Shown here piece by piece: positions 59,277 to 64,000 of a stretch of DNA of 64,000 nucleotides. Every line of letters begins with the position of its first letter. The first letter of the stretch is position 1. This DNA is from an uncultured Gemmatimonadota bacterium (GTDB taxonomy: Bacteria; SM23-81; DAOVCL01). The stretch spans positions 1 through 64,000 of the forward strand of contig CAZVGK010000014.1 of NCBI GenBank assembly GCA_964626665.1, in the 5' to 3' direction. The notes below the pieces were generated by a model, which did not search any database, was not told the DNA's origin, and worked only from the letters and a program-made list of their open reading frames with translations. The position numbers were made by a program, and so were the translations under genes.

Positions 59277-61463
59277 TCAAAGCTTCCTCTTGGCCTCCCT
59301 CTCCTCGTAGGCCTCTAAGAGGTCCCCTGCCCTGATGTCGTTGAGGCCCTCGACCTTGATGCCACATTCAAAGCCGGAGCTCACCTCCTTGACATCCTCC
59401 TTAAACCTATGCAAAGAGGAGATCTCCCCGTCAAAGACTAACTCCCCACCCCTTTTCACCCGCACCTTACAGCCCCTTTTCACCGCCCCCTCCTTCACCC
59501 ATGAGCCGGCAACGGTTCCCAACTTGGAGGAGTGAAAAATCACCCGCACTTCTGCTAAGCCAATGGGGATCTCGATCTTCTCCGGCTCTAACAGTCCCTC
59601 CAGGGCCGCTTTGACATCCTCCTCCGCTTCATAGATGACATCGTAATATCTCACATCCACCCCTTCCTTGGCCGCTAGTTCCACAGCCCGCAGGTCAGCG
59701 TGCACATGAAAGCCAATGACCACGGCCTCTGAGGCCGCAGCCAGGAGGATATCGGAGGTACTAATCGTCCCCACCCCCCGGTGGATCACCCCCACCTTAA
59801 CCTCTGGGGTGGAGAGCCTCTCCAAGACATCGCTTAAGGCCCCCACCGAGCCATCCACATCCCCTTTAATGATTATCCTCAGTTCCTTTATCTGCCCGGT
59901 CTTGATGTAATCGTAAACATCGGTTAAGCCCACCTTCCGCGTCCTCCTATAAGCCTCCTCCCGGTGGAGCTGTTGCCTCTTTAGGCTGATCTCCTTGGCT
60001 TTCCTCTCATCGAGGACCACATGAAAGGAATCACCGGCCTGGGGCAGGCCCTCCAAGCCCAGGACCTTTACGGGAGTGGCCGGGGGCACCTCCTTAGGCC
60101 TCTCTCCCCGGCCATCGATCAGCGCCCTCACCTTCCCCCAGATCATTCCACAGATAAAGGAGTCGCCCAAGTGTAAGGTCCCGTTCTGCACCAGGACGGT
60201 GGCCACTGGCCCTCTTCCCAAGTCCAACCTGGACTCCACCACCACCCCTGTGGCCCGTAGGTGGGGATCGGCCTTCAGCTCCATTAGATCAGCTTGCAGC
60301 AGGAGCATCTCCAAAAGCTTGTCCACCCCCTGCCCGGTCTTGGCTGAGATCTCCACCGCTACAGCCCTCCCCCCCCACTCCTCAACTATCAGACCAAGCT
60401 CGGAGAGCTGTCTCTTCACCCTATCCGCACTAGCCCGGGGTAGGTCCATCTTGTTAATGGCCACCACTATAGGAACCCCCGCGGCCTGGGCATGGTCAAT
60501 GGCCTCCACAGTTTGGGGCTTAACCCCATCATCGGCAGCCACCACCAAGACCACGAGGTCGGTTATCTGAGTCCCGCGGGCCCGCATTGCGGTGAAGGCC
60601 TCATGCCCCGGCGTATCCAGGAAGACTATCTTCCCCTTGGGCAGTTCCACCTCATAGGCCCCAATGTGCTGGGTTATTCCCCCTGACTCCCCGGCAATGA
60701 TATTGCTCTCCCTGATATAATCCAAGAGAGAGGTCTTTCCATGGTCCACATGGCCCATAATGGTCACCACCGGGGCCCGCGGCTCCTCCTCACCGGAAGG
60801 AGCCTCCTCCCCCTCCTCCAGAAGATCTAACCCATACTCGGCCATCTGCCTCACCTGAAAGCCGAATTCATCGGCCATCATCTCAATGGTCTCTATATCC
60901 AACCGCTCATTGATGGTGACCAGAAGGCCCATCTCCATACATTTGCTGATCACATCAGTAGATTTAACCTCCATCTGGGCGGCCAACTCGGCCACGGAGA
61001 TAAACTCTGAGACCCTCACTTCCTTAAGCTTCTCTCCGGTGGCCGCCGCAGCCTCGTGGTGTCTCCTCTTCCTCTTGGGGAGTTTGGAGGTCATCTCGGT
61101 CAACGTCCTCTTTACATTCTCGGCAACTATCTTTTGGTCCACCTTTCTCTTTCTGACTACTTTCCTGCCCCGCCGCGGACCAGCCCGAAAGACTGGTTTT
61201 CCCTTCCCCTTCTTCTTTACCGCCTTTTTAGACTCCTCCTTGCTCTTGCGGGCTTCTATCAGTTTCCTCTTCCGCTTGTATTCCTTCTTAACTGCCTCTT
61301 TCTCCTCGCTAAACCTCCTCTCTACCGCTTCCAGCATATCCTCACTGACTAAGCTCATTGGGCTCTTTACCCTAAAATCCAGCTCATGAAGGATGTTGAG
61401 AAGGGCTTCACTGGAGACATCATACTTTCTGGCAATCTCATATACCCTTTTATCCTGCGCCAA
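59277..61463 (-). CDS. infB: Translation initiation factor IF-2
   Basis: MGHVDHGKTSLLD, GGITQHIGAY, DTPGHEAF, GFECGI. Confidence 0.98.
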   Translation of the reverse strand: MAQDKRVYEIARKYDVSSEALLNILHELDFRVKSPMSLVSEDMLEAVERRFSEEKEAVKKEYKRKRKLIEARKSKEESKKAVKKKGKGKPVFRAGPRRGRKVVRKRKVDQKIVAENVKRTLTEMTSKLPKRKRRHHEAAAATGEKLKEVRVSEFISVAELAAQMEVKSTDVISKCMEMGLLVTINERLDIETIEMMADEFGFQVRQMAEYGLDLLEEGEEAPSGEEEPRAPVVTIMGHVDHGKTSLLDYIRESNIIAGESGGITQHIGAYEVELPKGKIVFLDTPGHEAFTAMRARGTQITDLVVLVVAADDGVKPQTVEAIDHAQAAGVPIVVAINKMDLPRASADRVKRQLSELGLIVEEWGGRAVAVEISAKTGQGVDKLLEMLLLQADLMELKADPHLRATGVVVESRLDLGRGPVATVLVQNGTLHLGDSFICGMIWGKVRALIDGRGERPKEVPPATPVKVLGLEGLPQAGDSFHVVLDERKAKEISLKRQQLHREEAYRRTRKVGLTDVYDYIKTGQIKELRIIIKGDVDGSVGALSDVLERLSTPEVKVGVIHRGVGTISTSDILLAAASEAVVIGFHVHADLRAVELAAKEGVDVRYYDVIYEAEEDVKAALEGLLEPEKIEIPIGLAEVRVIFHSSKLGTVAGSWVKEGAVKRGCKVRVKRGGELVFDGEISSLHRFKEDVKEVSSGFECGIKVEGLNDIRAGDLLEAYEEREAKRKL

Positions 61464-61483
61464 TTTGCCCTGCCTCCTTTTCC

Positions 61484-62731
61484 CTATTCCTTAGCTAATT
61501 CCGCCACCCGAGCCAGAATCGTCCCTGCCCGCTTAGGGCCAATCCCCGGAATAGCGGTCAGTTCCTCGGGCTTTCTGCTGCGTAGGTCGAACAAGCTCTC
61601 TATTCCTTTTGAACTTAGCTTCTCCACAAGCTTAGGCCCTAACCCAGGAAGTTGCCCAACCCCCATAGCGGAGAGCCGTTCCTTCTCTATGAGCTGTCGG
61701 TAGCGGGTGTTGCTGAGGATATCTATCTTCCATCCGGTGAGCTTAGCCGCCAACCGCGCGTTCTGGCCGGACTTGCCTATGGCCAAGGAGAGTTGATCAT
61801 CATCAACCACCGCCCTCACCTTGTTCTCCCCTGAATAGACATCGGCATGCCTGATCTTTGCCGGGCTCAAGCTGTTGCTCACGAAGATAGCCGGATCAGA
61901 GCTCCAATGGACGATGTCGATCCTTTCATTTTCCAACTCCCTGACCACATTTTGCACCCGGGAACCCTTTACCCCCACACAGGCCCCCACAGGGTCGATC
62001 CTGCTATCGGCAGAAACCACAGCTATCTTTGAGCGGCTGCCGGGCTCCCTGGCCACTGCCTTTATCTCCACGATCTTCTCATAGATCTCCGGAACCTCTA
62101 ATTCGAAGAGTTTCACTAAAAATCCCGGGGCGGTCCGGGAAAGCTTTATCTGGGGTCCCCTGGAGGATTTTTGCACATCCAGCACATAGCTGCGGATAGT
62201 ATTCCCCTGTCTATACCTCTCCTTCTTTATCTGCTCGGAAGGAGGAATTATTCCCTCGCTGCGCCCCAAGTTGACAACTATCGTCCCCCTATCCAACTGC
62301 TGCACGGTTCCCGTGACTATCTCCCCCACCTTAGACTGGTAGTCCTCAAAAACCTTGTCCCTCTCTGCCTCCCTGATCCGTTGCATAAGCGCCTGCTTGG
62401 CCGCCAAAATGGCATTTCTCCCAAAATCGGAAAGGGAGAGTTCCACCCTCACCTCCCCTCCCAACTCGGCCTGTGGATCTATCTCCTTGGCCTCCGGCAG
62501 GGATAACTGCAGGTTGGGCTTTTGCACCGCCTCTACCACCTTTTTGAGGGCAAAGATCTCTATCTGGCCATTGTTCTGGTTGACATTTACCTCGATGTTC
62601 TCCGAGCTACCATATGTCTTCTTGGCTGCCAAAAGGAGACCGGCCTTCAGGGTCTCCAAGACCAGGCCCATATCTATACTCTTCTCCCTGGTTATCTGCC
62701 CCAGGGCATCCGCTATCTTTAGGTTGGACAT
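61484..62731 (-). CDS. nusA: Transcription termination factor NusA
   Basis: FELEVPEI, AREPG.RSK, DPVGACVG, LAIGK.GQN; C-terminal HhH. Confidence 0.98.
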   Translation of the reverse strand: MSNLKIADALGQITREKSIDMGLVLETLKAGLLLAAKKTYGSSENIEVNVNQNNGQIEIFALKKVVEAVQKPNLQLSLPEAKEIDPQAELGGEVRVELSLSDFGRNAILAAKQALMQRIREAERDKVFEDYQSKVGEIVTGTVQQLDRGTIVVNLGRSEGIIPPSEQIKKERYRQGNTIRSYVLDVQKSSRGPQIKLSRTAPGFLVKLFELEVPEIYEKIVEIKAVAREPGSRSKIAVVSADSRIDPVGACVGVKGSRVQNVVRELENERIDIVHWSSDPAIFVSNSLSPAKIRHADVYSGENKVRAVVDDDQLSLAIGKSGQNARLAAKLTGWKIDILSNTRYRQLIEKERLSAMGVGQLPGLGPKLVEKLSSKGIESLFDLRSRKPEELTAIPGIGPKRAGTILARVAELAKE

Positions 62732-63181
62732 TTAAATCTTCACCTCTAACTTAGCCCTGGCTATCTCCTCCCAGGGCAAGAGTTTATCCTTATCCTCCAC
62801 AATGAGGAGAAGTCCTGCAGGGAACGTAGCGGCAATCCTTCCCCGCCAGACCTGCCTTCCCTCGTAGGGTCGATGTAGGCTCACCTGCACCTCTTCCCCG
62901 ATATTTCTCTCAAAATCAGCTGGCTTGGTGAGAGGACGATCCAATCCGGGAGAGGAGATCTCCAAAATATATGATCCGGGCAGGGGATCCTCAGTGTCCA
63001 AAAGATCGGAGAGGCTCCTGCTCACCCGAACACAATCGGCCAGGCTGACCCCCCCTGGCTTGTGGATAAGCACCTTTAAGAATTTTCTCCCCACGCCCCA
63101 GAGCTTAACCTCCACCGCCTGAAAACCCAGGCTCTCCACCCGGGAGCTAACCAACCCCCTCACCCTCTCCCCCAAGTTCAT
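62732..63181 (-). CDS. rimP: Ribosome maturation factor RimP
   Basis: DC..VSR.LS..LD, Y.LEISSPG.DRPL; GGAGG RBS. Confidence 0.95.
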   Translation of the reverse strand: MNLGERVRGLVSSRVESLGFQAVEVKLWGVGRKFLKVLIHKPGGVSLADCVRVSRSLSDLLDTEDPLPGSYILEISSPGLDRPLTKPADFERNIGEEVQVSLHRPYEGRQVWRGRIAATFPAGLLLIVEDKDKLLPWEEIARAKLEVKI

Positions 63182-63195
63182 CAGACCTCCATACC

Positions 63196-63258
63196 AAAAA
63201 AGTGGGCATCCACCCACTCCTTAGAGAGGAATATACTAAATATTGCCAAGTTAGGCAA
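63196..63258 (-). promoter_or_regulatory. rimP operon promoter and leader hairpin
   Basis: TTGCCT-17 bp-TATATT, then AGTGGG-TGGATG-CCCACT-TTTTT. Confidence 0.7.
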
Positions 63259-63295
63259 GGTTTTTTTTCCAAAGCTGATTTGGACCCTGAAAGGG

Positions 63296-63481
63296 CTAAG
63301 CCTGGTTCCTCTTCAGCCTCCTCCTGGCATCCATCATCCTCCTCCTCCTCTCCTCACTTGGCTTCTGGTAAAATCTCCTCTCCTTCAGCCCCCGCAGTAT
63401 CCCCTCCCTCTGACAAAGGTGGCGAAACCTCCGCAAGGCCCTTTCAAAGGGCTCATTATCCCTAACTTTAACTTGAACCAA
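63296..63481 (-). CDS. rpsU: 30S ribosomal protein S21
   Basis: E.FERALRRF, R.FY.KPSE.R; AAGGAG RBS. Confidence 0.95.
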   Translation of the reverse strand: MVQVKVRDNEPFERALRRFRHLCQREGILRGLKERRFYQKPSEERRRRMMDARRRLKRNQA

Positions 63482-63516
63482 ATGGATCAGCTCCTTATTT
63501 TATAAGGTTTGAAAGC

Positions 63517-63545
63517 AATATAAACCTAATTTTATCGCTTGTCAA
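63517..63545 (-). promoter_or_regulatory. rpsU promoter; -35 overlaps the miaA stop codon
   Basis: TTGACA-17 bp-TATATT. Confidence 0.7.
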
Positions 63546-64000
63546 CAGATTTCTCTAGCCTCCCGATAAAGGGCAACAATCGCTCTTTCAGCCTCCTCCA
63601 TCCCCCCTGCCACATTTAGCCAATGGATTCCCTCTTCCCCTCTAAACCAGGTAAGCTGCTGTTTGGCATACCTGCGGGTCCTCTGTTTGATAAGCTCCTT
63701 GGCCTTCTGCAGGGTCATCTCCCTCCTCAGGTAGGAGATTATCTCCTGATAGCCAGGGGAGCGCAGGGGATTAAGCTGCGGGGAGTAACCCCTATTCAGC
63801 AAATCCTTCACCTCCTCCACTAAACCCTGGGCAACCATCTCCTCCACCCTCTGATCAATGAGCCCATAGAGCCTCCTTCTCTCCATCTCCAGGCCGATCT
63901 TCAAGGGGATAAATTTAGCCCTGCTATATGCCCCCTCCGCTTGCAGCCGCGAGAGGGGACGGTGGGTGCTCAGCCAGACCTCCAAAGCCCGCACCGTCCT
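63542..64000 (-). CDS. miaA: tRNA dimethylallyltransferase (3' part; runs off window)
   Basis: RALEV, I..RV..M...GL.EEV, GY.E, TRRYAK.Q.TWF. Confidence 0.95.
   Translation of the reverse strand, partial: RTVRALEVWLSTHRPLSRLQAEGAYSRAKFIPLKIGLEMERRRLYGLIDQRVEEMVAQGLVEEVKDLLNRGYSPQLNPLRSPGYQEIISYLRREMTLQKAKELIKQRTRRYAKQQLTWFRGEEGIHWLNVAGGMEEAERAIVALYREAREIC

Overview
Bacterial chromosomal window. The fused lpxC-fabZ gene and the gene order suggest an FCB-group or candidate-phylum diderm (inference). Minus-strand housekeeping blocks (merR-gpsA-plsY-der-DUF512-tRNA-Gly; proS-lpxA-lpxC/fabZ-lpxD-skp-bamA-rplU-rng-DUF116-fmt-yajC-tgt; radA; mpg...pnp-rpsO-ribF-truB-rbfA-infB-nusA-rimP-rpsU-miaA) alternate with accessory regions. 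(1) 0-14 kb is a defence island. It has a plus-strand operon: ABC/AAA ATPase + TOPRIM-like partner (resembling MADS Mad3/Mad4), AlbA/Schlafen-HATPase, DUF1156 adenine methyltransferase and DUF499 ATPase. A convergent array of small orphan genes follows (HEPN-motif protein, membrane proteins). (2) 19-24 kb holds mscS, a lipoprotein, a DUF4258/DUF2283 TA pair next to an attC-like site, and a flavodoxin-SCP2 fusion. (3) 37.8-51.5 kb holds an AbiE pair whose toxin has Pro in place of the conserved Ser, an intact IS1634 in a beta-propeller gene, an IS256-like MITE, three MNT/HEPN pairs, an IS200/IS605-type miniature element, and relics of a second DUF1156/PglZ system and a type IIG RM gene. Intergenic DNA contains several families of nested palindromic miniature elements. 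These include a TIR-less family bounded by GAAC|TTAG...TTAG and a CCCCGTTA-ended MITE that targets other repeats. All family assignments come from motif recognition by eye; no searches were run.
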